A DNA stretch of 64,000 nt from Octopus sinensis (Eukaryota): positions 9,796,001 through 9,860,000 of the forward strand of contig NC_043008.1 in the NCBI RefSeq assembly GCF_006345805.1. The letters are read 5' to 3'. Shown in pieces: positions 25,850-38,900 of this stretch. Made by a program: the position numbers and the translations under genes. A model generated the notes under the pieces. It was not told the origin of the DNA. It worked only from the letters and a program-made list of their open reading frames with translations, and made no database searches. Positions within the stretch are counted from its first letter, which is position 1; each line of letters opens with the position of its first letter.

Positions 25850-27470
25850 GACGAACTACCAAAATCACTTTAACCCTTTACGATTATTACCAATATTGCT
25901 TAATTTCTATTAATCATTGCAGCTAAATTTCGAGTAGTAGGAAATTTAATTGTATGGCTATTAAATAACCTACGATATTTACTATAAGGAGAACGTGTTT
26001 TGTAATGCTCTGGAAAATAATGTAGATATGAACAAACTACTCGAATCGCTTTAACCCCTTACGGTTATAACAAATATTGTTTAATTTCGACTAGTCATCG
26101 CGGCTAAATTTCGAGTAGTAGGAAATTTAATTGTATGGCTATTAAATAACCTACAATATTTACTATAAGGAGAACGTGTTTTGTAATGCTCTGGAAAATA
26201 ATGTAGATATGAACAAACTACTCGAATCGCTTTAACCCCTTACGGTTATAACAATATTGTTTAATTTCGACTAGTCATCGCGGCTAAATTTCGAGTAGTA
26301 GGAAATTTAATTGTATGGCTATTAAATAACCTACAATATTTACTATAAGGAGAACGTGTTTTGTAATGCTCTGGAAAATAATGTAGATATGAACAAACTA
26401 CTCGAATCGCTTTAACCCCTTACGGTTATAACAAATATTGTTTAATTTCGACTAGTCATCGCGGCTAAATTTCGAGTAGTAGGAAATTTAATTGTATGGC
26501 TATTAAATAACCTACGATATTTACTATAAGGAGAACGTGTTTTGTAATGCTCTGGAAAATAATGTAGATATGAACAAACTACCCGAATCGCTTTAACCCC
26601 TTACGGTTATAACAAATATTGTTTAATTTCTACTAGTCATCGCGGCTAAATTTCGAGTAGTAGGAAATTTAATTGTATGGCTATTAAATAACCTACGATA
26701 TTTACTATAAGGAGAACGTGTTTTGTAATGCTCTGGAAAATAATGTAGATATGAACAAACTACCCGAATCGCTTTAACCCCTTACGGTTATAACAAATAT
26801 TGTTTAATTTCGACTAGTCATCGCGGCTAAATTTCGAGTAGTAGGAAATTTAATTGTATGGCTATTAAATAACCTACGATATTTACTATAAGGAGAACGT
26901 GTTTTGTAATGCTCTGGAAAATAATGTAGATATGAACAAACTACTCGAATCGCTTTAACCCCTTACGGTTATAACAAATATTGTTTAATTTCGACTAGTC
27001 ATCGCGGCTAAATTTCGAGTAGTAGGAAATTTAATTGTATGGCTATTAAATAACCTACGATATTTACTATAAGGAGAACGTGTTTTGTAATGCTCTGGAA
27101 AATAATGTAGATATGAACAAACTACCCGAATCGCTTTAACCCCTTACGGTTATAACAAATATTGTTTAAATTCTACTAGTCATCGCGGCTAAATTTCGAG
27201 TAGTAGGAAATTTAATTGTATGGCTATTAAATAACCTACGATATTTACTATAAGGAGAACGTGTTTTGTAATGCTCTGGAAAATAATGTAGATATAGACA
27301 AACTACCCGAATCGCTTTAACCCCTTACGGTTATAACAAATATTGTTTAATTTCTACTAGTCATCGCGGCTAAATTTCGAGTAGTAGGAAATTTAATTGT
27401 ATGGCTATTAAATAACCTACGATATTTACTATAAGGAGTAAGTGCTTTGTAATGCTCGGGAAAATATTGT
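25850..27470. repeat. ~180-bp tandem satellite, about 9 copies
   Basis: The unit AATCGCTTTAACCCCTTACGG...GAACAAACTAC(T/C)CG recurs every 179-181 bp. Inner copies are near-identical and outer copies are diverged. Confidence 0.97.
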
Positions 27471-27794
27471 AGAAATGCCCGTGTACACCTCTATTCCGAA
27501 AGCGAACTTAAACCGCGGAATAGGTATATCTACCTCCCGTTAAAGATACTTTTCATTGTAACACTAATTGTTTTACTTATTCTATATAGCTCCGTAATAT
27601 TATCTTCAATAACAATACAACTAATATTTCCGAACTACATAGTGTCGGAATTTGAAACGAGGTTCAGTAATCTCCTAAATTCTTTTAATGATAGGAAGAA
27701 CTTATGTAAACCACCTTTAGCAAAATTTATGAAGACAAATATATTAATTTCTCTATTTCGTGATCCGTTATGCGGGCTGCACTTCTCTATCTAG

Positions 27795-28206
27795 TGGTTG
27801 GGAGTAATTGTAATTAATGTTGCATGGAGGCACTTGAAATTCAAGCATGTAACCCAGAACTAAGTAACAACCTTAATGAGACGTTAATGCGATGCACACA
27901 CAGCTGGATAAAATCTCTAAAATGTATATAAATAGATACACCTATACATTGATACTGACTGTATTTCATTTCTCACTGTTACTCCCTTTCATCTCTTATT
28001 TTTCTTTACCTATAGTGTAGCAACCACTTAATCACTTATATGAGAACTGAGTAGTCACAAGAACTTCAGCTACAAGCTCATTATCTCACTCCAAGATATC
28101 TTTTACTTCACATTTCATTTTTTCACTTTCGTGTATAACTGGAGGCTGTTTTTTCCTTACATTTTTATATACTTTACATCATACTGTGTTACTCTTTTAC
28201 TTGTTT
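27795..28206 (-). mobile_element. Opposite (5') end of the same Tc1 family
   Basis: About 27975-28206 is the reverse complement of about 33559-33795. Confidence 0.7.
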
Positions 28207-29989
28207 CAGTCATTTGACTGCGGCCATGCTGGAGCACCGCCTTTTTGTCGAGCAAATCGACCCCAGGTCTTATTCTTTGTAAGCCTTAGTACTTATTCTA
28301 TTGGTCTCTTTTGCCGAACCGCTAAGTTACGGGGATGTAAACACACCAGCATCGGTTGTTAAATGATGTTGGGGGGACAAACACACACACATATATATAG
28401 ATATATACGACGGGCTTCTTTCAGTTTCCGTTTACCAAATCCACTCACACGGCTTTGGTCGGCCCGAGGCTATAGTAGAAGTCACCTTGCCTTAGGTGCC
28501 ACGCAGTGGGACTGAACCCGGAACCATGTGGTTGGTAAGCAAGCTACTTACCACACAATTTTTTTATCAATCATTTCTATATTACTATAGAAATGATATT
28601 TCTACGCTATCAAGACTTGAATGTTTTGACTCACCATACATTTTATTTAAAAAATGCGAGAACCCGTGTAATAATTTATACCCTACTTCATGTGAAACAT
28701 CTTTCATTGTTTCTAACCCCTTTCTTCTATGTCTCCCTATCTATCTCTTTTTTCTTTCTCGCTTTTCCCACTCTATTTCATTCTATAATTTTTTTTCTAT
28801 TTGTTTCAGTCATTTAACTGCGGCCATGCTGGAGCACCGCCTTTAGTCGACCAAATCGACCCCGGGACTTATTCTTTGTAAGCCCAGTACTTATTCTATC
28901 GGTCTCTTGTGCCGAACCGCTAGGTAACGGAGACATAAACACACCAGCATCGGATGTCAAGCAATGCTAGGGGGACAAACACAGATACACAAACACACAC
29001 ACATACACATACATATACATATATATACAAATATATACGACGGGCTTCTCTTCAGTTTCAGTCTACCAAATCCACTCACAAGGCTTTGGTCGGCCCATGG
29101 CTATAGTAGAAGACACTTGCCCAAGGTGCCACGCAGTGGGACTGAACCCGGAACCCGTGGTTGGTAAACAAGCTACTTACCACACAGCAACTCCTGCGCC
29201 TATCATTTCTTTTTCTTTCAAGTTACTCTAAATATACCCATCCTAGTTAATTCATAACTCTCAGGTCATTTAAACTCAAATTTAAATTCCAATTTTCCTG
29301 CCCCAGCAGCAGCCAATAATTCAACAATCTCGTCTAGTTTGATAAGTCCTGGATACAATCCGTTTTAGTAAATAGTATACTATTTTCTTGACTCTTTCCT
29401 TGCTACGGCACTGCAAGCTCTTCCTAATAATTGTGTATGTATATAGGTGTATTCACCTAAGTGCATGCATAATGAGTTGTTAATAGTCTTGATATGATGA
29501 GAGGTGGAATTCATGTTATATAGCTAAAAATTACAAACTATTTGTTAATATTTATGGTTATATATTTCTACCAGGTTAAAGTATTTATATGCTCCATCTG
29601 TTGTAAAAACAGTCGTAACCTCAGACTAAATGTAATGCCATCATTTTTTAGTTGCTATTTATGTATATACATATACATAAACACGCATATGTATACATAT
29701 GTGTATGCATAAATATATGTGAGTGTGTGTATGTATATAGGCTTATAGATGCATACATGTATATATATATGTCTGTCTGTCTGTCTGTCTGTCTGACTGT
29801 ATGTATGTATGTATGTATGTATGTATGTATGTATGTATGTATGTATGTTTCAGTATGCATGTTTATATGTTGTCTTCTATTTTAAAATATCTCGAGTCCT
29901 CCTCTGAAGAAGAAGTTGGTTTATAGAAAAAGATGCGAAGCTCCATCGTTGGAACTTAGATAACAAAAGCAATTTATCATATTTAAGAA

Positions 29990-30650
29990 GACTTGTGTAT
30001 ATATTTTACGGTTCCACTTACAGATGTTATTTAAAATATGCGTCTTAACTTGTTGTTTTTCTAAACACCCAAGCTTTTCAAGATTGTCACTTAGGCATTT
30101 ACTAACAAAAGTAAGTCCACCAAGTATTGTTTTAAATGTGAATTTATAGTCAGGGTACAGAAGATGAAGGTTTCATATCAGTTTTCCATGGTTATACTTT
30201 TTCTCTTTGATTTTTGATAGGATATTCCCATCAGCAGGGCAGTTGGCCTCTATGATTATACATACTTTTTCTTCTTTGTTCCAAGCAACTAAATCTGGCT
30301 TGTTATGTTTGTACATAATGTTCCACCAATACTCCTCGAGTTGGTCTTTATGTACGTATTCAATAACTTGAGATTCTCTATATTTATCAAAGAACAGTCT
30401 TTTTTTCCAGATGTTGTACATTGTTTTATCAACGATTCATTAGGATGTAGTATAGTGGGGACGTTTTTGGGCCGCTGCTAATCACACGTGATGTCTTCCA
30501 CAGAAATATAACGTAAACACCAATTTTTCCTGCATCTTGGGTGTCCGAGTGCTTCACTGTTTTGTAGCATTCACCTACTCTTAAATTGCAAGCATAAAGC
30601 CTTCTAAGTTGGGTAGACAGACTGTGGACTGTTTTTTATTGGTTTCATCT
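29990..30650 (-). mobile_element. Degenerate 3' fragment of an RLE-clade non-LTR retrotransposon
   Basis: ORF 30173-30421 contains KPDLVAWNKEEKVCIIIEANCPADGNI..KEKKY (PD-(D/E)xK restriction-like endonuclease), preceded by a frameshifted zinc-knuckle remnant. Confidence 0.7.
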
Positions 30651-30732
30651 TCTCTTTTCTTCATAATGGGAGTGGATAATAACATCGAAAAATGCCTTAG
30701 GAATGAGAACCCAGGTTTGAAATTTCCCCAAG

Positions 30733-30776
30733 ACACCTGATGAAGGCTGGAGGGTATATCAGCTGAAATGTTGTGT
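30733..30776 (+). ncRNA. Minimal type I hammerhead ribozyme, same family as 15905-15948
   Basis: ACAC-CTGATGA-AGGCTG...CAGCT-GAAA-TGT-T^GTGT, with one stem III substitution. Confidence 0.7.
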
Positions 30777-30837
30777 TAACAACAAACAAGATGAGGACAA
30801 ATATCCGTCAAATGTAAATAATGTAAATAATGTACGT

Positions 30838-31685
30838 CAAAGGTAGTTTATAGAAAGAGAAGGAGGAGAAAGAAAGAAATTAGCAGAAAACTAATAGTGG
30901 AGAGATATAGACCGATATTTGAATAAGAATAATGCTTAAAGGCATGGAAGTAGATATATTTAGTGGAAGTGAAATGTAAGAAGACAGTCAAAGGTCGAAT
31001 TTTATAGAATGGTAGAAATCACTTGTAGGAACTAAATGTATGTTTTTACCAATGTTTGCAACGATAAACACGTTCGATAAACGTGTTTACAAGAGGATTC
31101 TCTGAGAACAGGATGAAATACATTTCACTGTTACAAAGCGGACAAAAAGATTTACCTCTATCAGCCGGAAAAGATATAGAGAGAATATTCCATTCCAAAT
31201 TAAATTGTTTAATATGATCATTTAGATACTAAATTAATTTACTAAGCCCAGTATTGTTACGTTTATTGATATGTCTAAATGTAGAATAATGATCAGATAT
31301 TCTTTTGGACAACAGAGATGAAGAACTACCTATATATAAAAAAACGTCAGAACCGGGAGTAATTTTACATTGATAAATAGAGTTTCTAGTCTTGGAATTA
31401 CTTCTATGAAAACGAATGCGATTAGAGTCAACATCAGAAACACTAACACCGCTGCTATTATTATTTAAAGAATGGTTAGTGTTAACAAAATCAATGTTGC
31501 TATTTTTATTAAGTGGATTTGTATTTAACAACTTATTATTATGCGAAGAGATGATTTGTGAAAGATTTTTTGTGTTAGAGAAACCTATCCTGATTGTGTG
31601 TGAATTAATAATCGAATAGTATCTTGAATTTCTTTGGAAATTCTTTTCTGACGTCTTTTTTTACGTAGGTAGTTCTTCATCTCAG
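30838..31685 (-). mobile_element. 5'-truncated PLE fragment (GIY-YIG endonuclease), second autonomous-type family
   Basis: Minus frame reads NSIYQCKI..SDVFLYIGSSS..KRISDHY..LSKLI*YL..EWNIL..CPLCNSEMYFIL..ERVYRCKHW*. Upstream is KNFQRNSRYYSIINSHTIRIGFS. Confidence 0.8.
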
Positions 31686-33157
31686 TATATATGTGTGTGT
31701 GCGTGTGTGTGTGTATGTATGTATATATGTATGTATGTATGTCTATATATATATATATATCCAACTACCCTCTGCCAGTTATCAGATACGTAGTCACAAG
31801 CATCTTCAACAGATCCGCCCTCTACTATAACGAGACATTATATATATATGCTGCTGTTGTTGTTTAGCAAGTGACTGTTTGAGAACTACATTCGAAAGTT
31901 GCCTTCATTAGTCTCAATCTCCTCCACTTCTTATGTAAAGTCTACCGTTACCACTGTTTCTGAGGAAGTTTCCAGTTGACGTCAGGAACTGGTGGGCTTC
32001 AGTGTCTATAGAGTTGATTTCCTTTGCAGATAAGTCAAGTATACCAAATGTTGGAATCAGCAGTTGACGATCAGGCTCTGATTTCCGGTTTAAAAAAATG
32101 AGACATAAACATTACTTTTTATAATTCCATTCCTAAATCAGTTGAAAATGTAATTAATTCCTCCTGGTTTTTGCATTGTAAACATTCTTAGCATCGATAT
32201 TCTGGCCATTCATAAATAAATTATGAGTTACGCTGATATCTCCAGCAGATGCAAATTTTTTTCTTCATAATACAAAGCAATAACTTTAATGAGTGATCCT
32301 ATGCCCTGATGAGTGAAAAACACCCACGCTATTATACAGCTATCTCTGAATGTGTGTGTATGTATATATATATATATGCTTTTAGTCGTCGGTAAGTAAT
32401 CTTCTTTGAATTAGTCATTTCATCTTAGTCCATATTCGAAAATTATGAAACGAATGAAAGAAAAATATACTAAATAGGAAATCATACAACGAATCAAGCA
32501 ATTACTCGCAACAATGTTGGAGACCAACCACAATCTCCAAATACCTTTAGGAAACATCTAATAGTTTTTCTGTGAATAATTCTTCTTTGGACTACTTCCG
32601 ATTATTTTAGATTAATTTAAGGATCTTTCTCTTATCTCCTGAAATCAAATACAAATCTTGTGGCTGTTTCACTTTCTTCACTTTAACGGTTTATTTTGTT
32701 TGCATGCTAAGGAAATATTAATTTTCTATGCATTAGCTTTTTATACTATGCTAAATCTTTGACTATTATTGTCATGTGAATCTTGCCTTCTTGGAAGTTG
32801 ACAAATGTCGGCTTCCCTTAATGGAAGCCATCAAATATCAAACGTGTTGAGGGAAGGCTTTCCCAAAGTCTTCGAACAAACAGTAAATACACATTAACGT
32901 TTTCACACCAAACTTAACAAAGTAGAACGAAACTATTGAGCTAAAGGAATAGGATAAGATTAAAAGAAACAAAACTTTGATAAGATCTCAGATAATTAAT
33001 CACATATCTACAGTAAATAAATTATATCACAAGTTTGTAAGTTTTCTCGTTTCTTTTTGGTGTTTTACTTAGAAAACATAAAGCATTTAATTATTAACTG
33101 AAGCAAAGTTTGTTAACCAATATCATTTACCGTTACCAATTATGTGTGTGTGTGTGT

Positions 33158-33210
<53 letters not shown>

Positions 33211-33528
33211 CATGGAGTTTTCGCTGGTGAGAATAAAGTTTCTAAACTGTATGGAGAAATTAGAAAGATTGCTTTGATCTAGTAACAGAACGCAAGTCAG
33301 TTACAGATGTTACCTTCGACACTTTCTATCAAAAGGTTTTAACCAAATATTTACACGCTTTTATTTATAGCTCTATTTACTTTGAGATTCACTGTTTCTA
33401 AACTTATTTTGAAAAGACATCTACAAAATGGAAATAAGTGAGAGATTCTGGTGAAGTATATTATTTTATGAAGAGATTCTGGTGAAATTCTGAAGAGATT
33501 CTGGTGAAATATTTTATTAATGTATAGT

Positions 33529-34330
33529 TACATTCACTGGATGGCATAATTAATTCAACAAAACAAGTAAGAGAGTAAAACAGTATGATGTAAAGTATTT
33601 AAAAATGTAAGGAAAAAACAGCCTCTAGTTATACACGAAAGTGAAAAAAATGAAATGTAAAGTAAAAGATATCTTGGAGTGAGATAATGAGCTAGTAGCT
33701 GAAGTTCTTGTGACTACTCAGTTCTCATATAAGTGATTAAGTGGTTGCTACACTATAGGTAAAGAAAAATAAGAGATGAAAGGGAGTAACTGTGAAAAAC
33801 CAAAGAAAATCTCTGAATCTTAGATTCATCGAAATATCCACCCTTGGCCTTGATCACTGTGGATCTTACTCTGGGCATTCTTTCGAGCAATAAAAGCAAA
33901 TATTCACTGGTAATATTTTGCCAATCCTCTTGTAAGAGTGTCCAGAGGGTTCCTGCACGACTTGGCTGTCGCTTTTTGACCCTGAGATCCACACAATTTC
34001 CATGGGATTGCAAGGGGGTGGGGATGGCCATTCGGTTACAGTTAACTTTTTTCATCCATTTTCTACTTTCTACTGTAAATAGTTTTTGCATAGCTTAGAA
34101 GCATGTTTAGGATTGTTAACTTGCATCAGTCCGAATTTCTTACCAATCAGCCTTGTCCCAGATGGAATGGCATGACGCTGGAGGATATAGTGATACCCGT
34201 TGTGTTTCAGTATTCCTGTTACCCGAAGAATATTCCTACATATAAAATATGTAGGAGTGTTATCCGATATTGAATAAAACCCCAAGCCTTATGTTGTTCT
34301 ATATTTTTATACCCAAACATTATCTAAATC
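33529..34330 (-). mobile_element. Tc1-like (DD34E) transposase 3' fragment with long terminal repeat region
   Basis: ILQRHAIPSGTRLIG..NNPKHASKLCKNYL..ERMPRVRSTVIKAKGGYF. Terminus TA|CATTCACTGG at 33529. Confidence 0.82.
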
Positions 34331-35217
34331 GATAACATTGAACTAAAAATTCCACTTTGAGACAAAATTTTCTTGGGTGATTTTAAACTTTTGGATAGTA
34401 GTGTGTGGAGGGTGCTTGTGTGTGTGTGTGTGTGTGTGTGTATTAAGAAGAAGGAGACAGTCAGAAGTTTGGGTAATACTTTATTAGCGCTTTCGTTCGT
34501 TCAATCGAACGATATAATGTACAGAAACTTTCTCCGGCCTTATATATAAATCGAAAAGAGAATGTTTTGTTTTGTTTTGTTTTGTTTACAAGATGGGAGA
34601 AATAAAAGAGAAAAGGAGAGAGAGGGGGGGAGAGGAAGACGGAGAGACAGAAATGTATTTTGAGATGACCTTTTGACTTACATGTGAGTGGTGCTAAATG
34701 ACCTTTCAAGATGTGGATTTTGTTTTTTGGAGAAAAGGAGAAAAAGACAGGGAAAAAAGACAAGAAAGAGACAGAAAAGCAAAGAAATGGGGAAGAGAGA
34801 GAAAGAGAGAGAGAGCGAAAGAGTTTTCTTTCCAAATGTATTGTACCGATGTTGTCAACCCACTGAAATTTAATTACAATTCAAGATGTCATTCTTGACT
34901 CAGTCATTGTTTTCGAAAACATCTCTTTCTCTCTCTTTAGGGAAAAGACCGTCCCAAGATACAGTTTTGTCTCGCTATATTCCGCTCTTCCTCTCTCCTC
35001 CCTTCCGTCTTCTTTTCACTTTCACCTCTTCTAAGCAAAACTAAACAAAATCTTCTGTTGTTCGATTTCTCGTTTTCCTTTTCGAAATAAAACAAAGCAA
35101 CACCCTTTCTTCGATTTATAAACAAGGATTCAACAAACGAAAGTGCTAATAAGGAATTATCCAAACTTCTGACTGCCTCTTTCTTAATATACAATATCTG
35201 TACAACACTTCAAACAC

Positions 35218-35255
<38 letters not shown>

Positions 35256-35272
35256 TATATATATATATATGT

Positions 35273-35311
<39 letters not shown>

Positions 35312-35359
35312 AAAAAAGTCAAGATAGAAAATGCTAAAATAATTTTATGAAAAACATTT

Positions 35360-35395
35360 CAGTACCGGTTTCAGTCATTGAGACTTTTTCAACTG
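35360..35395 (-). ncRNA. Minimal hammerhead ribozyme, U3-A8 core variant
   Basis: Reverse complement reads CAG-TTGAAAA-AGTC(TCAAT)GACT-GAAA-CCGGT-A^CTG. Palindromic ACCGGT stem III; GUA triplet. Confidence 0.8.
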
Positions 35396-35550
35396 TAACA
35401 ATTGAACAATTAAATTTAGAAAAATTAAAAGAAAAGCTTTTTTAAAAGAATATTTGTATAGTGTTCAAATACAAGTGGCATTTTCCTTGTTTCTGCCTGT
35501 CTTTGTCTCTCTTGTTTACTCTTGTGGGTTCGATGTCGTTGTGAAATATA

Positions 35551-35593
<43 letters not shown>

Positions 35594-35832
35594 ATTCATT
35601 GATTTTCTATTTGTGACTTTCCGATATAAAATAACGCTAGAGAGTAGAAATAAAAGAGGTTAAAAGTCCGATCCAGCTTTAGAGTCGAAATAGGAACACA
35701 GCTAAAAGATATTGCTAGAAAGAGATGGGGGTGAAAGTTTTATATATATATATATATAAATGTGACATCGGGTGTACCGCTGGCGATTTTTTTTCCTCTG
35801 TCTTCCCTTCTCTGGATCTTTCCTTCTCCTAT

Positions 35833-35868
35833 GTTTCCGACGAAGAAGCTCCGCTCGAAACGTTAAAC
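35833..35868 (+). ncRNA. Minimal hammerhead-like motif, C4 (CCGA) variant
   Basis: GTTT-CCGACGA-A-GA(A)GC(TCC)GCTC-GAAA-CGT-T^AAAC. Confidence 0.6.
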
Positions 35869-35976
35869 CCTGCTTCTTTCCTTCTTTCTGAGCGTCCAAT
35901 AATACTATATTTGTTCCATGTCCTCGCGTGTGTTTTTTGTGCTTCTTGTTTGGATTACTTATATATATATATATAT

Positions 35977-38900
35977 AATATAAGAAAATAGTAAAGTGTG
36001 TGATGAAAAAACGACAGAAGGCTTAAAGTTAAAAAATATATATATTTGTGTCAAAATGTCTGGAGAATATTGGAAAAATTTTTTTCTTTCCTTAAAATGA
36101 CATAATTTAAAAAATTTTTAAGAAATTACCGGTTTCGCGTGTAGCTTTTCAAATTTCTTGTGACGTTATGTTTATATTGCATGGAATTATCGTTGTTTTT
36201 ATTTCCAGGAGATTTCTAAATAAGGGAGGGTAGTGAGTGATTTTTTCGGTGTAGGGGAGATAATCGCCTTAAAAAATTTTTTTTCCCTTTTCCTTGTTAA
36301 TTTCTCTGTGTCAGTATGTTCGGATGGTTGAGTCTGGGTTGTACTTTTCAATGAAGAATGTTTCCTTGTTCAGTCTCATTTGTGTTGATGATCCGAAAGC
36401 ACATTGGTAAAATGGGAAGATTAAAAATTGTGGCAGTAGTTGCTTTGCGCATTTCTCAATGTGCTCACTAAAAGGTATCATTCTATATTCTGGGAATGCA
36501 ATCTGTTGTCGATGCAGTGTGCATCTGCGCCTGAGTGATAGTCCCGTGGAACCCACGTAGTCTTGGTGGCAGCCCGAGCATTTAATAACATAAATTATGT
36601 TTTCAGAGGCAAAAGTAAAGTTAGATTTGATCTTAAATTTCTGTCCCTCTTAAAGAAGAATTCTGATCCTTCCAATGTTAGGACATGTTGCACAGTTCGA
36701 TCTACCACATTTTTTACTTTTGCATCCGTAATTTTAGAAGACAATTTTGCCTTTGTGAGAATCTTTTTAAGTGATTTAGGCTGTTTGTAGCTTTTAATGA
36801 TTTGGTGTATGTTTAGAATTTCCTTTAATTTTGGGTTTTTATGAAGTATTGGTAAATTCTGGGTGATGAAGTGAAGGCTTCTTTGTTTCTGGGGTTGTAT
36901 GTAGATATGTAAGGTAGTATTTTCGGGGAAGGTGTGTTGTTGTGTTGAACTTTTCTTAAAGTTTCTATGTTGATTTCTGTTGCACGTCTGATCCCATCCT
37001 CTATGAGTTGAGCTGGGTAATGTCTGTCAATTAGGGTGTTTTTGAGTTCTTGCAGTCTAAAGTTCCTGGTATTTTGTTCTGACACTATTGTGCATATCCT
37101 TCTTGCAAGGTTGAAGGGGATGTTGTTTTAGTGTGTCTTGGGTGGCATGAATTAAAAGAAGGTATTGTTTGGCGTCTGTGGCTTGTAAAAAATGTCTGTT
37201 TCTATTTTAAGGTTAATTTTTTTAATTAGTATATCCAAGAACGGGAGCTCCTTTTGGTTGTATTCCATTGTGAACTGTATATTTGGGTTTATGCTGTTCA
37301 ATAGGTTTTTAAATTTTAGGAGTTTATATCTGTTTTCATTCCAGAGAATGAAACAATCGTCTAGGAATCGTTTCCAATTCTCTTTTATGTATTGAGAGAG
37401 GGAGTTTCCAAAGATTGATAGAGATTCCTGGTAAATGATTATTTCCATGTATCCCATTGTTAAGTTCGCAATGACTGGTGCTGCCCTTGTACCCATAGCA
37501 ATTCCGGATTTTTGACGGTAAAATGTATTGTCAAACATGAAGTGGTTATTGTGTAGGATGAATTCAATTGATTTAGTAATGAATTCCTTACTGATCCTTT
37601 TTGGTATTCTTCCGGAAATTGGTCTAACCAGAATTGTATTGCCTCCAGTCCATAATTATGAGGAATACTGGTATACTTGACTACATCAAATGAAACCAGG
37701 ATTGTTTCTTCCTTGGTTTTTTTTGGGAGGTGGTTTAACATATCTAAGTCATCTCTGATATGGCTATCGATATGTTTAAGGAAGGGTTTCAGAGGATGTC
37801 CATAAGTAGACTTAGTCTGTGTGTTTCACAGGTTGGGCCAGCTACAATGGGTCGTAGTTTTAGGTCCCCCGGATTAGGTGTGTGTATGTATGTCTTTGGT
37901 GATTTTTTAATGGTTTCATTTATAATTTGACTTTTATGAATTTTTGGCAGACCATAGAAAAGGCTAGGTTTGCATTTAAAGTTTGTTAGGAAATCAATCT
38001 CTTTGGTTGTCAGTTCCTTTTCATGGGTTTTAATTAGTGAAGATAGAGTTTTCATTACTTTTTGTGGGGTGTAGTTGGTAATTTTTTCATAATGTAGGTC
38101 TTCATCAAGCAAGGAAATTACAAGATTTCTGTAGTATGATGTATCCATTATTACAACTGCATTTCCTTGTCCGCTTCCTTAATGGTTATATCTTCATCAT
38201 TTTGGAGTTCTATCAGTTCTTTCCATTGTGTAGTGTTAAAATTTGGGTTAGCTTTCTGTTTATGTATAGTATGGTAGGGGAAGTTCTCAATGTGGTTACA
38301 GAATCGTCAAGATCTTTATTTCTTCCTCTGTGTGGGATGTGTTCACTTTTGTTCTTGACTAGTGATTCATCTTCAGTATTGAAACTGTTTGATGCTTCTG
38401 CTAGTCTTAATTTTCTGCAAAATTCTGTTATATTATCCTTGAGTTCATTTAGGTTTGCTCTGCGTGGAGTTGGTGTAAATTTGAGCCCTTTTGCGAGGAT
38501 GTCAATTTTATGTTAGAAAGAGGTTTGGTTGAAAGATTGATTATCTTCGGTTTTTCCTTATTACTAGGTTCCAGCCTGTGTCCTGGTGTCCCTGGTCCCT
38601 GGCTAAAAAATGTTGGGTGTAATTTGTTTGTATGAGTTGTCTGTGAGGTTGTGTGGTATTTGGTCGGGGGAGTGGTGGTATTGTTGCCTCCGATCGTTGT
38701 GTGTGTGGGGGAATCTATGGTTGTTAATGCTTGTGGTGTGTGTAAAATTTCTGTATGGGGAATATTTTGTTTCGAACTTCTTGTATGTGGGATGTTGCTT
38801 GACATAGTGTTTCTTTGCGTTTGTCTTGTGTTTAGTGGGGACCAGTAGTTTTGGTTCATGGGGTAGTAGTGATTTGTGTGTGGTGTATTTCTTATCCTAG

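Noticed and set aside
25850-27470. CRISPR array or repeated gene
   Set aside because: The whole 180-bp unit is repeated with no variable spacers and no ORF.
32306-32330. CTGATGA-GTG(AAAAA)CAC hammerhead start
   Set aside because: No GAAA or stem III follows; at best a truncated remnant.
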